Positions 36,401-46,490 of a stretch of 54,089 bases of DNA are shown here, in pieces. Each line of letters opens with the position of its first letter. The first letter of the stretch is position 1. The DNA lies in the IMG/VR virus record IMGVR_UViG_3300025141_000127, positions 1 to 54,089 of that record; one strand, 5' to 3'. This stretch comes from a virus. Its lineage: Duplodnaviria > Caudoviricetes. A program made the position numbers and the translations under genes. The notes under the pieces were generated by a model. It worked only from the letters and a program-made list of their open reading frames with translations, was not told where the DNA came from and searched no databases.

Positions 36401-38100
36401 GCCTGCCCTTCGAGGAAGAGGCGCTTGAGGCGCTTAGTGACCCCGCGATTAGTTTGCGGGCCTACGCGAAGATCATCGATCAGAAGACCGGTAACGAACA
36501 TACCTTCGACCCCTTTGCGATCACCGACCGCCTCCAAGAGACGGTTGTCTCTTACTACTCGGACCCACCAGAGACCGCCCTAGGCCAGACCAAGTGGCTG
36601 ACCCTACTTGGGTATAGGCAGGCCGGCAAGAGCCTCACATCGGAACTCTGCGGCTATGTAAAGGCCGCCTACACTCCGGGCCACGACCATGTCTGCATCG
36701 CAGATAATCGTGACCGTGCAGAGTATCTTCATCGCCGTATCCACTTAACGCACAGTCGATGGCCAGAGCTTGTTCGCTCCGCCACGGTGCCGAATCGAGA
36801 GGTGCGCCAGCTAACCTTTCAGCACGGCGGCAAGATGCGCGTTCTCTCTGGTGAGTCGGGGGCCGTCGGTATCGGCCAGTCGCCTGACTCCTTCCACGGG
36901 TCGGAGCTACCGTACTGGCGAAACGCTGGACATCAGTTCTCTATGATCTACCCCTCGATGATCAACAGGGACCACTCCCAAGTCCTGCTCGAGTCTACCC
37001 CGGCCCCGATGAACGAACCTTCCGCAGAGTGGTGGCGTGACCATTGCCGCGACGCCAAGCTTGGCCGAGGACGCTGGGCCTATGCGTTCTTCCCTTTTTG
37101 GGATGGGGTACTGAATCGACGCCCGTGGCCGGAGGGCCAGAAGTTAACTCTCGAAGAGATGAAGATGATGGAGAAGTTTGGGCACCTCGGATTGGCCAAA
37201 GACAACTTACAGTTCAGACGGCTAATGATTGAGACGGATGCGGAGATCCGGCGGAACCCTGACCTGTTCAAGGTTTACTACCCCTTCGACGACATTAGCT
37301 GTTGGATCGCCTCCGTGGGCTCGGTGTTCCACTCGACGCTTCTGAAGAAGCACCAAGAGAGTCTTCTCATTCCTTGGAAGGCTCCGTATATGGAGTATGA
37401 GCAGCCGGAGGGTGGTGCGGTTTACGCTATTGGCGTTGACCCGGCGGGTTATGCTGCGCGCGATCACGCAGCCTTTCAGGTGCTAAAGGTTTACGATGGA
37501 GAGTGGACCCAAGTTGCAGTCTACGGCGGTATTACCGACCCCCTCATCTTCGCAAAGAAAATCAATGAGGTGGGCAAGAAGTACAATAATGCACTTGTGG
37601 CTGTGGAGAGTAATGGTGTCGGTGTTGCTACTCTGGCTCTACTTGATGAGCTTAACTACCCAAACCTCTACTACGAAAAAGCTTACAAGCCGGGCATCGC
37701 CGCCACCGCAAAGTCAGTCACTATGATGTTGGCGTATCTTCAGGATGCGCTGAAGGACGAGTTGATTCTTCGGGACGAGGATACTGTAGGACAACTAGGC
37801 TCCTACCGGGAAGACAAGCGCACAGAGCGCAGCGCGCTATCCGAGATGCTGCACTCGGGCAAGACAGGCAAGCGCCGTGACCGTCACCACTGGGATAAAA
37901 TATCTGCCCTACAGATAGCCTGCCTCGCAGCGCGTAACTGTCCGCGTCGGTATAAAAACGACACACCAGAAGGGCTCAAGAATGTACTGCTCTTCCGCGA
38001 TATGAGCTATTCTGAAGTAGAGGCGTTCCGTAAAAAGAATGCGAATGAGTCCACGAAAACAAAGTGGCGTAGAAGTCGTTACCCCCAGAGGAAAAGATAA
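36397..38100 (+). CDS. terL: Terminase large subunit
   Basis: YRQAGKS Walker A; FHGSE Walker B; LESTP coupling motif; IGVDPA and VESNGVG in nuclease domain. Confidence 0.92.
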   Translation: MSLPFEEEALEALSDPAISLRAYAKIIDQKTGNEHTFDPFAITDRLQETVVSYYSDPPETALGQTKWLTLLGYRQAGKSLTSELCGYVKAAYTPGHDHVCIADNRDRAEYLHRRIHLTHSRWPELVRSATVPNREVRQLTFQHGGKMRVLSGESGAVGIGQSPDSFHGSELPYWRNAGHQFSMIYPSMINRDHSQVLLESTPAPMNEPSAEWWRDHCRDAKLGRGRWAYAFFPFWDGVLNRRPWPEGQKLTLEEMKMMEKFGHLGLAKDNLQFRRLMIETDAEIRRNPDLFKVYYPFDDISCWIASVGSVFHSTLLKKHQESLLIPWKAPYMEYEQPEGGAVYAIGVDPAGYAARDHAAFQVLKVYDGEWTQVAVYGGITDPLIFAKKINEVGKKYNNALVAVESNGVGVATLALLDELNYPNLYYEKAYKPGIAATAKSVTMMLAYLQDALKDELILRDEDTVGQLGSYREDKRTERSALSEMLHSGKTGKRRDRHHWDKISALQIACLAARNCPRRYKNDTPEGLKNVLLFRDMSYSEVEAFRKKNANESTKTKWRRSRYPQRKR

Positions 38101-38288
38101 TGCCGGAAACCCAAGCGCAAAAAGACAGCACATCCCCCTCCTCTAAGACCCAGAAATTGGTGAAGAAATTGCACGCCCGACGACTGGGTAGGGCGGACTC
38201 AACTCTTCGAGACATTAACGACGAAGAGTTGGGAGAGGAGATTGCCAATCCCGACCTCGTAGAATACAAACAAACTATTCGAGGTTAG
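38100..38288 (+). CDS. Hypothetical protein
   Basis: TAATG overlap with terL. Confidence 0.45.
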   Translation: MPETQAQKDSTSPSSKTQKLVKKLHARRLGRADSTLRDINDEELGEEIANPDLVEYKQTIRG

Positions 38289-38290
38289 TC

Positions 38291-39019
38291 TTGGCCAAAG
38301 TCACACCCCCTAATTTTGTTGATGGGTCCACGCCTTCGGGTGAACAAGTTTTTGACGCTATCTACGATTTGTCAACCGATGTTCTGAACGGGCGTGTGGA
38401 GGCAAGCAACCTCGAGTTAATCGAAGACCGAAGCATTACCTTTCCGTACCTTCAGCAAAACTCCGCATCCGGCGGCGGCATGGTCGCGGGCACATGCAAT
38501 TTGGATTATTTTACTCACGTTACCTACGTCGATGGCTCCGACGATGAGACAGGTGGGGTGGATGGCTCGTATTCGGGTACAGAGGTGCCGGAGGACGCGG
38601 CGTCGAGGATGTTTTCTGCTATCCCCGGAGCCTCAATTACATTCCACCTGCCCTTTAAGGCTTATGTTCTTTTGACTTGGCAGGTAACATGGACCAGCGA
38701 TTCGGAGATACACACCGATGATGGGCACACGCACATCCGGTTATTTGTAGACGGGAAAAAGCATAACAACTGTAATACGCGCCGCGTTGGACGGACAATG
38801 TTCTATGCTAACGCCAGCGCCAGCAGTGATGCGCAGTATTCATACTTACGCGACCGCTACAAGGGAAGGTACTGGTCAGGACACAAATGGATTTCTGTCC
38901 CTCTGGATAAAGGTTTTCACTCTGTGTCCCTTCGCGTTACACAGGGTGAGAAGGTCAAGCAGGCGAGGGTGCGCGCTCGCTCCATGAAGTATATGTTCTT
39001 CAAAGCAAAGAACGATTGA
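38291..39019 (+). CDS. Putative virion/tail-appendage protein
   Basis: Architecture like 51070-51816 and 51816-52583 (LNGRVEASNL; C-terminal GFHSVSL beta-sandwich). Confidence 0.55.
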   Translation: MAKVTPPNFVDGSTPSGEQVFDAIYDLSTDVLNGRVEASNLELIEDRSITFPYLQQNSASGGGMVAGTCNLDYFTHVTYVDGSDDETGGVDGSYSGTEVPEDAASRMFSAIPGASITFHLPFKAYVLLTWQVTWTSDSEIHTDDGHTHIRLFVDGKKHNNCNTRRVGRTMFYANASASSDAQYSYLRDRYKGRYWSGHKWISVPLDKGFHSVSLRVTQGEKVKQARVRARSMKYMFFKAKND

Positions 39020-39027
39020 GGTAGGCT

Positions 39028-39609
39028 ATGGGTTTATGGAAGCCAAGGGTTAGAGCGATACGCGAAGAAAACCCAGATATGAGCGCCCGAGAATCTCGTC
39101 TGCTGGCGCAAGCCGAGCGCAAAGAGTACAAGGGCAAGAGCGCGGCGGCGGAAGACGCGCGCCTGAAGGCAGAGTATGGCACGAAGGACCGCGCGAAGAT
39201 TGCGGCACAGCGCTCCTCCGAGGCTCTGCGCGAGTTTGAAGATAATCCCTTCAAAGCATCTGGAGCGGGGCAGGCGCAGACGGATGCGCAAATGCGGGCC
39301 AGCCAAGCGGCGAGAGAAGCTACCTCGGACCAGCTTAGGAAGACCTTGGGACTCGCGGAGATGCGCGGACAGGGACAGGAGGCTGCGGACGCCTTTGTAG
39401 CGGCTGCCCCGCAGGCAGACCTTGCGGAGGCTGCGGACAGGGCGGCCATCATGCAAGCGGCCAGAGATCGCGTCGCCGGCACGCAGGCACAGTTGGAGGC
39501 TGCCGCGCTGGGACAGGCCGCTCCGGCGGGCACTCAAGACAGCGAGCGGTTGACGCGGGCACTTGCGGCTCTGGCAGCCGAGGGCGCGGACGAAGCCGGT
39601 ACGGTATAG
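39028..39609 (+). CDS. Ala/Gln-rich helical protein, possible internal virion protein
   Basis: GAGG RBS; composition. Confidence 0.55.
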   Translation: MGLWKPRVRAIREENPDMSARESRLLAQAERKEYKGKSAAAEDARLKAEYGTKDRAKIAAQRSSEALREFEDNPFKASGAGQAQTDAQMRASQAAREATSDQLRKTLGLAEMRGQGQEAADAFVAAAPQADLAEAADRAAIMQAARDRVAGTQAQLEAAALGQAAPAGTQDSERLTRALAALAAEGADEAGTV

Positions 39610-39618
39610 GGGGCGACG

Positions 39619-41271
39619 ATGAATAGAAAAGACCGGCTTAAAGTGGACGAGATAGAGGCAAAGGCGAAGGCCGACCCTGCGAGCATTACGGAGGAAGACC
39701 GGGCATTCGTAATGAATTACGACATAGACCGAAGACGCAAGAGGGCGGTTGGCGCTAAGAGAAAAGAGGCTATCTTTGATATACTGGGCAAGGGGCTTCG
39801 CATGTACGCGGGCGTCCCTCTGGGTCCGGGTCTGCGCGAGAAGCGCGAGGCGCTTGAGGCCGCAGAGCGTGAGCAGGCCCGTGAGTACGCCGATCAAGAC
39901 ACCTTTACGCACCGCACCGCGTACGGCGAAAAGAAGGCGAAGTTCATAGATGATCTCGCAAACCGTGCGTCGGCGAGCCTTAGTGCGGAAGACAACGAAG
40001 AGATCGAGAAAGCAAAGCTTGAGGTTCAGAGAGAGAAAGACCTACGAGACTTCCTCGTTGCGGGTGGCGGCACTGTGCAGAAGGAAGACCTCGCGGCCCA
40101 GAAGGCGGCGGCGCGCTACCTCATGGGGCAGAGCCGGGGCGGCGCTTCCCAGATGACGATGACGCAGACAATGGCCGGGCTCGAGACAGAGTACGCGCTT
40201 GACCGCTACGCCCATTGGATGAACATCTATCTTGGGGAAGCGGGAAGAAACGCTGTTTCGGCTCACGCGCAATCTCAAAATCGAGCCAACCTGACCGCAG
40301 GTGAAATCGCCCATGGGCAGGCGGCTAATACTCCTGCCGGACTTACAAAGGGCGACATTGAGGCTACCCGTGCCTTGATGGTCACCCCGTCCCGAGGGGC
40401 CGACCCCTCAAATACCTACCCGTATATCAAGCAACAAAAGATCGATGCGGGCACCCTCAAGCCGAGCCCGGATAGGCTTACGGAAGAGCAGAGGGCCCTC
40501 GTAGCTAGTGGGATGTCCCCGGAGGAGGCGACCCGGCGGGCGACCGCAGCGCTGGACAGGCTGGAGAAGATGCCGGCCATCCAAGATCAAATCAAGGCGA
40601 TTGCCGCGCAAAACCTCACGTCAAAGGAGCTTGACGCCCTACAGTACGGGAAAGATGAAGACGGAAATAGGATCAAGAAAGATTTCACCGCCGGCGACGT
40701 GTTCGACAAAGTGTACGGACAGACGCAGGAACAAGCTCACGCACTCGACACAGAGACCGAGAGCGAAGTCGAGTGGGCGATGAAGAGGCTGCAACGGACA
40801 GGCAACTTCGACCCTCTCACAAGCAACGAGGCTTTCCTCGCGGATATGAAGAGTAAGGGTCTCTCTCCGAAAGATTACGCCGAGTTTCTAAGGCGGAACG
40901 CGCAACTCAAGCGGGAGAGGGAGGGTACGTCCCCAGATAAACTCGAGAGGTTGTCAAAGCAATATTACGACGAGACCGAAGAGGCTACAAGACTCGCCAC
41001 CCAGACCAACCTGAGGGAGAGGCGTGGCCCCGCGCAGTGGTTTAGCAAAAGCGCCAAAGCAGCGGGTGCCGATTCGGGCGGCAGTGGCGATCCCGTTGGC
41101 GGTGTGCCCGGTGCGGTGCCCACGGTGGAATCGAGTGAGGACGGCGACCCCAAGGTTGAGGGCACAGAAGTTAGCGCGTCCGGGGCCGGCAAAAGAGGCG
41201 GCGCAAAGATTAAGACTCGCAAAGAAGAGCGCAAGAAAAAAGTTAGGGGCTTTTTGCCCGGTTACCTATAG
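39619..41271 (+). CDS. Putative internal virion/ejection protein
   Basis: 550-aa helical charged ORF before portal; PAGLTKGDIEATR motif. Confidence 0.55.
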   Translation: MNRKDRLKVDEIEAKAKADPASITEEDRAFVMNYDIDRRRKRAVGAKRKEAIFDILGKGLRMYAGVPLGPGLREKREALEAAEREQAREYADQDTFTHRTAYGEKKAKFIDDLANRASASLSAEDNEEIEKAKLEVQREKDLRDFLVAGGGTVQKEDLAAQKAAARYLMGQSRGGASQMTMTQTMAGLETEYALDRYAHWMNIYLGEAGRNAVSAHAQSQNRANLTAGEIAHGQAANTPAGLTKGDIEATRALMVTPSRGADPSNTYPYIKQQKIDAGTLKPSPDRLTEEQRALVASGMSPEEATRRATAALDRLEKMPAIQDQIKAIAAQNLTSKELDALQYGKDEDGNRIKKDFTAGDVFDKVYGQTQEQAHALDTETESEVEWAMKRLQRTGNFDPLTSNEAFLADMKSKGLSPKDYAEFLRRNAQLKREREGTSPDKLERLSKQYYDETEEATRLATQTNLRERRGPAQWFSKSAKAAGADSGGSGDPVGGVPGAVPTVESSEDGDPKVEGTEVSASGAGKRGGAKIKTRKEERKKKVRGFLPGYL

Positions 41272-41286
41272 GGAGACAGGCTAGTC

Positions 41287-43092
41287 ATGGCACTTACAGG
41301 AAAGCAGGTCCAAGGGATCATTCGGACCCATCGCTCTAAGTCCCGCTCGGAGAGGCAGGACTGGGACCGATGGCGTTCGTGGTACATGTCCGAGTATTGG
41401 CATCAGTCGAACCCCGGCCCCACAGGCTCCGGGCCAGTCGGCACATCGAACGCGGCGGAGGATGTCAACTTCGAGACCAACTATCCGTATGCCTTTATCG
41501 ACACGATGATCGCCAACATCTGTCCGCAGAACCCGCAGGTCACCGTGACCGCTCGCCGGGAGAAACTCAAGGGCGCGGCGAAGTTTCGCGAGGCGCTGAT
41601 CAACGACACCTTCCGGCGTAACAACCTGCACTCGCTTCTATGGAAGACATCCACCAGCGCGTCCATCTGCGGGCGCGCCTTCCTTAAGGTGGTGTGGAAC
41701 TTCAGGAAAAGCTCTCCTGAAGTATTTTCGGTTGACCCTCGCTTTGTGTTCTTCGATATGTCTGCGGCTAAGTTCCGCGACATCCGCTACCTCGTCGAGG
41801 TGACGGTGCTTACGCGCGCCGAGTTTAATGCCCGCACAAAAAAGCAGGGCCGAAAGGGCGCGATGTACAACAAGAATGTTTCAGAGAAGGCCCACTTCGG
41901 GGGCTATCCGACCTTCTTGAAAGATCAGTCTCGGGACAAGAGTCACGTCAATGAGGCTTCCCACGAAGTGTATAAGTGGGTCACAGTATATGAGGTGTAC
42001 GACTTCCAAGGAGAGGGGCGCTACTACCACTTCCTCGACGATGTAGAGGAGCCTCTCTTTGAGGGCGAGTTGCCTTACCGCTATATCCGTAATCCGTTTA
42101 TTCATTTGACGTTCAATGAGAACATGCTGGACCTCGCTGGACTCTCTGATGTGAAGCTCGTTCAGTCTCTTCAGCAGCGCCTCAATGAGATCGATACCCT
42201 TGAACTGTGGCACGCGCACACATCCACACCGGTCATGCTGGTCAACACTGCTCTCGCGGACAATCCCGAGGCGATCATGACCGCGCTGCAAGACGCCAAC
42301 CAGCCGGGCACGATGATCGCCATTCAAGGAAAAGCGAACGCCCCGCTAGGAGACATCGTTGGCCAGACACCCGTTCCGTCATTCTCACCCTCGTTCGCCG
42401 ACATGCGAGACCGTTGTAATCAGGTTATTGAATTTATACTGGGCATTCCACAATATAGTCGTGGTGTTGTTGGTGTGGCCGATGTTGCGACGGAGGTTGC
42501 GCTTGCAGATACGGCGACGAGAACTCGAAACGGGCGAAGAATAAAGCAGATCGAGGATGTGGTTAACTCGGCTGCCGAGAGAATTATCGGTCTGTACGAA
42601 GAGTTTCTTGACCCGGATACTAAGCTTCCTATCCGGCTTACCGGCAGCAAGGAAGTGCTGAAGGCATCTCGGGAGAGCCTTATGTTGCGCCCGGAGAGAG
42701 ATTCCTCCGAGAATCCGCTGGACTTTGACTATGATGCATTGCCGTACTCACCTACCGAGAATCACAAGTTGATCCAGCTTCAGAAGTTTCAGCAGTACAT
42801 GCCACTTCTTCTTGAAGCGCCCAATGTCAACAAGGAGAAGCTGATCACAAAGCTCCTTGATTTGTTGGGTATGCAGGACATTATCGACGACACCCCTCCC
42901 GCGCCACCAGCGCCGCCGGGCGCGCCTCCTATGATGCCGGGCGCGCCTCCTATGATGCCGGGTGCGCCGCCGATGATGCCGGGATCGCCACCCGCTGCGG
43001 ACGGCGTAGCAACTGGGGGACTTCCACCCGGCCTCGCGGAACCGCCACCAATGCCACTTCCCGCCGGCGGGCCGGGATTCCCGCTTAAGTAG
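41287..43092 (+). CDS. Portal protein
   Basis: 601 aa; CGRAFLKVVW, VDPRFVFFD, SRG...VATEV motifs; Pro-rich tail; upstream of scaffold and capsid. Confidence 0.85.
   Translation: MALTGKQVQGIIRTHRSKSRSERQDWDRWRSWYMSEYWHQSNPGPTGSGPVGTSNAAEDVNFETNYPYAFIDTMIANICPQNPQVTVTARREKLKGAAKFREALINDTFRRNNLHSLLWKTSTSASICGRAFLKVVWNFRKSSPEVFSVDPRFVFFDMSAAKFRDIRYLVEVTVLTRAEFNARTKKQGRKGAMYNKNVSEKAHFGGYPTFLKDQSRDKSHVNEASHEVYKWVTVYEVYDFQGEGRYYHFLDDVEEPLFEGELPYRYIRNPFIHLTFNENMLDLAGLSDVKLVQSLQQRLNEIDTLELWHAHTSTPVMLVNTALADNPEAIMTALQDANQPGTMIAIQGKANAPLGDIVGQTPVPSFSPSFADMRDRCNQVIEFILGIPQYSRGVVGVADVATEVALADTATRTRNGRRIKQIEDVVNSAAERIIGLYEEFLDPDTKLPIRLTGSKEVLKASRESLMLRPERDSSENPLDFDYDALPYSPTENHKLIQLQKFQQYMPLLLEAPNVNKEKLITKLLDLLGMQDIIDDTPPAPPAPPGAPPMMPGAPPMMPGAPPMMPGSPPAADGVATGGLPPGLAEPPPMPLPAGGPGFPLK
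42915..42977 (+). repeat. 3 x 21-bp tandem repeat encoding PGAPPMM in portal tail
   Basis: gccgggcgcgcctcctatgat twice plus one degenerate copy. Confidence 0.85.
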
Positions 43093-43100
43093 GAGTAGTC

Positions 43101-43193
43101 ATGCGTGTGCCTGTAAAGGAAATCTTAGGGATCGTGGGTGCCGCTCTTCGTTTGGTGGTGTCTTTTCTTAAAAAGAAGAAGAAGGGAAACTGA
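43101..43193 (+). CDS. Small amphipathic cationic peptide (30 aa; not in ORF track)
   Basis: AGGAG RBS; MRVPVKEILGIVGAALRLVVSFLKKKKKGN; TGATG overlap with next gene. Confidence 0.6.
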   Translation: MRVPVKEILGIVGAALRLVVSFLKKKKKGN

Positions 43194-43609
43194 TGCCGTT
43201 CTATGACTTCAAGTGCCCGGATGGCTGCGGTTACTTTCACGACATATTTGTCCCATTGGCCGAGCACGGCAGCACAACGTGTCCCGAGTGCGCCTCTCTA
43301 ATGTTGACCGTTATTGGGGAGGTCGCAACTATCGGGCCGATGCCCTCGAAGCCCTTGGTTGTGGGACAGGTGGGCCGAACGTTTGAATCGGGCTCGGAGT
43401 GGCGGGAGTACCAGAGGGAGAATCCTGACTGTGAAATTCTGTCATCTGATTCCTCCGCTTGGAGAAAGCATCGCGACAAAGCAGCCGAGAAGGCCGAAGC
43501 TAGGGCGAGGAAAGGCGGTTATAGAGATCTGGCAGATAAAAAGGCACAACGGAAAAAAGAGAAGGATAAACTTGTTGGAAGGGTTGACAATAAAATCTAT
43601 GTCCACTAA
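43193..43609 (+). CDS. FmdB-like zinc-ribbon protein
   Basis: MPFYDFKCPDGCG...CPEC. Confidence 0.75.
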   Translation: MPFYDFKCPDGCGYFHDIFVPLAEHGSTTCPECASLMLTVIGEVATIGPMPSKPLVVGQVGRTFESGSEWREYQRENPDCEILSSDSSAWRKHRDKAAEKAEARARKGGYRDLADKKAQRKKEKDKLVGRVDNKIYVH

Positions 43610-43612
43610 AGA
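43584..43612 (+). promoter_or_regulatory. Candidate promoter for scaffold/capsid genes
   Basis: TTGACA-N17-TAAAGA in an AT-rich patch. Confidence 0.3.
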
Positions 43613-43627
43613 CAATACGAGGTTCCT

Positions 43628-44002
43628 ATGCCCTTGATGAATGATTTGCTTACTCGTCTGCAAGAAGATCCACCCGAAACGGAGATGGACCTTCGCGCTA
43701 TTCTGGATGACACTGGGTACGATCTGGTAGCAAAAGAACCGGGCTCCGAAGGTGAGGGGGAGTACGCTCCCGAGGGAACGGAAGAGGAAGAGGCGGCGGA
43801 AGACCAGTCTGCGGAGGGCGAAGCGGGGGAAGGTGGTGGACCAGAGGGCTCGTCGGAAGACCCTATGGCCATGATGAAGGAGCTTATGCCGCCGGGCATG
43901 GCACCTCCGAGTGAGAACGAGAACCCCCGGATGAAGGTCCGCAGGATGACGATGGTGGCAGCACATAAAGCTTTGCCTAAGGATAAGAAGGGGAGAGCAT
44001 GA
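43628..44002 (+). CDS. Acidic hypothetical protein
   Basis: GAGG RBS; Glu/Gly-rich. Confidence 0.6.
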   Translation: MPLMNDLLTRLQEDPPETEMDLRAILDDTGYDLVAKEPGSEGEGEYAPEGTEEEEAAEDQSAEGEAGEGGGPEGSSEDPMAMMKELMPPGMAPPSENENPRMKVRRMTMVAAHKALPKDKKGRA

Positions 44003-44889
44003 TGAGTGAGGGCGAGGAGAATTTTGAGGCGGGGGTTGCGTCCCCGGCACCCGAGGCAGTTGACGCTTCTGTTGGGGCGGCTTCGGTTGATACCGCCCCC
44101 GATGAAGCTGCTGCCGCTTCGGATATCTCCCTATCCGACGACACGGGACCGGATGATGTGGCTCCCGTCTCTTTCCCCTCCTCCGACGAATTTGAGTGGG
44201 ATTCTTGGGACGGCGAGCATGGGGGGCTTCCAGAACAACTGCGTCCGTGGGGCGAGCGATTCAATTCGTATTATAGTTCGCGACATCAAACCGCGATGGA
44301 TACACAGAAGCGTCAGATTGAAGATCAACACAATCTGTATGAGGCGCTGATTTCAGGGAGAGAAGATCCGAGAGTCTCGCAGTATGCGGACCAGATCAAA
44401 GAGTGGGAGGAGAAGCATCAGGCTCTTGAGACTAAGTATCAGACTCTTGAGACTGACAGCCAGCAATTTGTAGACGGTGTAAATCAGTCTATTGAGTCAG
44501 AGGCCGAGCGTTATGCGAAGGCGTTTCAGGAATCTAATCCTGACCTGTTCAATACTGACGAGCTTGCTACTAAGTTTGCAGACCTGCTCGAAGAGGGCTG
44601 GGATCTTGAGACAGCAGCGGAAGCCTCGCGCCTTCCCGAGTCTGCGCTCAAGATTGCAAAAGAGGCGAAGGCCGATGGTGTTCCTGATTCGTATGCGCTC
44701 AAGATTGCGCGCGGTACGAAGATGCGCACACCCCAGCCGAGGCCGGGTGCCAAAATCACGTCGGGGGCCACAACCCCCAGCCGCTCCCCGGAGCAGGTTG
44801 AAACGACTGATACTGGCGCAATGTCCTTGAAGGATTGGAGATCTCATGTCGCGCGTAATGCTTTGAACAAAAACAAGAGGAGAGCCTAA
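43999..44889 (+). CDS. Capsid scaffolding protein
   Basis: Acidic N-terminus, central coiled coil, directly before capsid gene. Confidence 0.75.
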   Translation: MMSEGEENFEAGVASPAPEAVDASVGAASVDTAPDEAAAASDISLSDDTGPDDVAPVSFPSSDEFEWDSWDGEHGGLPEQLRPWGERFNSYYSSRHQTAMDTQKRQIEDQHNLYEALISGREDPRVSQYADQIKEWEEKHQALETKYQTLETDSQQFVDGVNQSIESEAERYAKAFQESNPDLFNTDELATKFADLLEEGWDLETAAEASRLPESALKIAKEAKADGVPDSYALKIARGTKMRTPQPRPGAKITSGATTPSRSPEQVETTDTGAMSLKDWRSHVARNALNKNKRRA

Positions 44890-45974
44890 TGGCTATTTCA
44901 CCAGACGTTCTGGCGACGGCGCTTAATGAGTTGATGCCGTCCTATAGCGAAATGTTTGTCAAATTCCATCCCCTGATGGAAAAGATTATGCAGAACGGGA
45001 GTTTGTCCCGCGATGCTTTGAAGGGTCCGAAGCGTGAGTTCGCTGTTGTGACTGATGGTCCCGGTACTGTGACGCAAGTCGATACCGGATCTGAGGTTAT
45101 CGCAGGTGGACGCTCGCAGAATGCACACCGAGGAAACGTGGTTGCTCCGCGTCTCATCTATGCGTTCGACGTTCCCGGTAAGGATTTGGCCGAGGCCAAC
45201 GGCGAGATGGACCTCGCTCGCATCCTTCAGCACTATCCTGAATTGGCTCTGTCCGATTTCCATGAGCGGATCTCTCGTCAGCTTGGCACCGGCGACGGCC
45301 CTCAGGTCGGCGGCTTCGCTACCCTGAACGGCAACACTCAATTCACTCCTGATGGAACGGCCCGCGACGGTATCCTTCAGTTGTCGGCTTCTTCCGGTAA
45401 TACGGTGCATGGCCTCAACTGCTCGGGCCACGCAACTCCCGTGACAGGTTGGAACAACCAGTACCAAGATATCTCTTCGTTCGCAGTCAATGGTCGCAGC
45501 CAACTGCGCAAGGCATACTTCGCCGCTTCTCGTCAAGGCAAGACCTCTGGTCCTGTTGACTTGATGATTGGTGATGAGGGCTCTTACCTTAACTACATCG
45601 ATGACTTGGATGACCAAGTCCGCGTGGTGAAGGTTGAGGGCGACAAGGCTCCGCCTCTGGTTCGTCAGGGCGTGAAGTTCCTCGACGCTGACTTCTTCCT
45701 CGACGATGCCATCGACGTGACTGACGCCAACTACACAGGCGGGTCCATCACTGCTGGCGCGGACGGCGTCATCTACGGGATGAAGACTCCGACTTGGCAC
45801 TTGTTCACCCTTGGTCACGATTCTGACCGCGAAACGAAGGGCGACTTCGCTCTCCGTGGACCGTTCCGTATCCCCGACCAAGACATCTTCCGCTACGAGT
45901 TGGTGCTCATGATGGGCATTCACACCACGCAGCTTCGCTCCAACTTCGTCGTAACCGGCGCAGGAACGCCTTAG
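44889..45974 (+). CDS. Major capsid protein
   Basis: 361 aa after scaffold; strongly biased codons; plausible HK97-type layout. Confidence 0.8.
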   Translation: MAISPDVLATALNELMPSYSEMFVKFHPLMEKIMQNGSLSRDALKGPKREFAVVTDGPGTVTQVDTGSEVIAGGRSQNAHRGNVVAPRLIYAFDVPGKDLAEANGEMDLARILQHYPELALSDFHERISRQLGTGDGPQVGGFATLNGNTQFTPDGTARDGILQLSASSGNTVHGLNCSGHATPVTGWNNQYQDISSFAVNGRSQLRKAYFAASRQGKTSGPVDLMIGDEGSYLNYIDDLDDQVRVVKVEGDKAPPLVRQGVKFLDADFFLDDAIDVTDANYTGGSITAGADGVIYGMKTPTWHLFTLGHDSDRETKGDFALRGPFRIPDQDIFRYELVLMMGIHTTQLRSNFVVTGAGTP

Positions 45975-45983
45975 GAGGCCATC

Positions 45984-46484
45984 ATGGGTTTTACAGCAGC
46001 AGGTATTACTACCTCAACAGTTACCACTACGCAGCAGGCTCCACTTGGCTTCGAGTTGACCGTTCCTAACGGCGACTACGGCAATCAGGTGTGGGTCTAC
46101 ATCAAGAATGTCGATGACGGACCAACCGCCCTTGCGGAAGGCAACCCCGTTATGACGCTGGACGCAGACGACACCTCAAGGGCCGAGTATTACCAAGTGC
46201 AAATCTGCCCAACGGGGAGGCACTCGGCAAAGAAAGTCGTGGGTGTGGCGCAGCATGTGATTGCGGTCAACTCGTATGGCTTTGTGTTGAAGTCTGGCAA
46301 GGGCAGCGTCAAGGGCGGTGCTACTACCGACTCGGGCCTCTCCTTGATGACAGACACCTCGACCCCCGGTGAGGTCATTGCTTTGGACACCACAGGTGGA
46401 CAAAACGATGCTTGCATCGGAGTGTCGTTGGGTGACCTTGCTGACGACACGGTTGGCTCTGCCATCATTAGCTGCGGCGTCTAG
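45984..46484 (+). CDS. Capsid decoration/cement protein
   Basis: AGGAGG RBS; follows capsid; WVYIK, VGVAQHVIAVNSYGFV. Confidence 0.65.
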   Translation: MGFTAAGITTSTVTTTQQAPLGFELTVPNGDYGNQVWVYIKNVDDGPTALAEGNPVMTLDADDTSRAEYYQVQICPTGRHSAKKVVGVAQHVIAVNSYGFVLKSGKGSVKGGATTDSGLSLMTDTSTPGEVIALDTTGGQNDACIGVSLGDLADDTVGSAIISCGV

Positions 46485-46490
46485 TAGCTG

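Noticed and set aside
44898-45923. 341-aa antisense ORF over the capsid gene and similar shadow ORFs
   Set aside because: Expected from high-GC codon bias; no RBS or motif support
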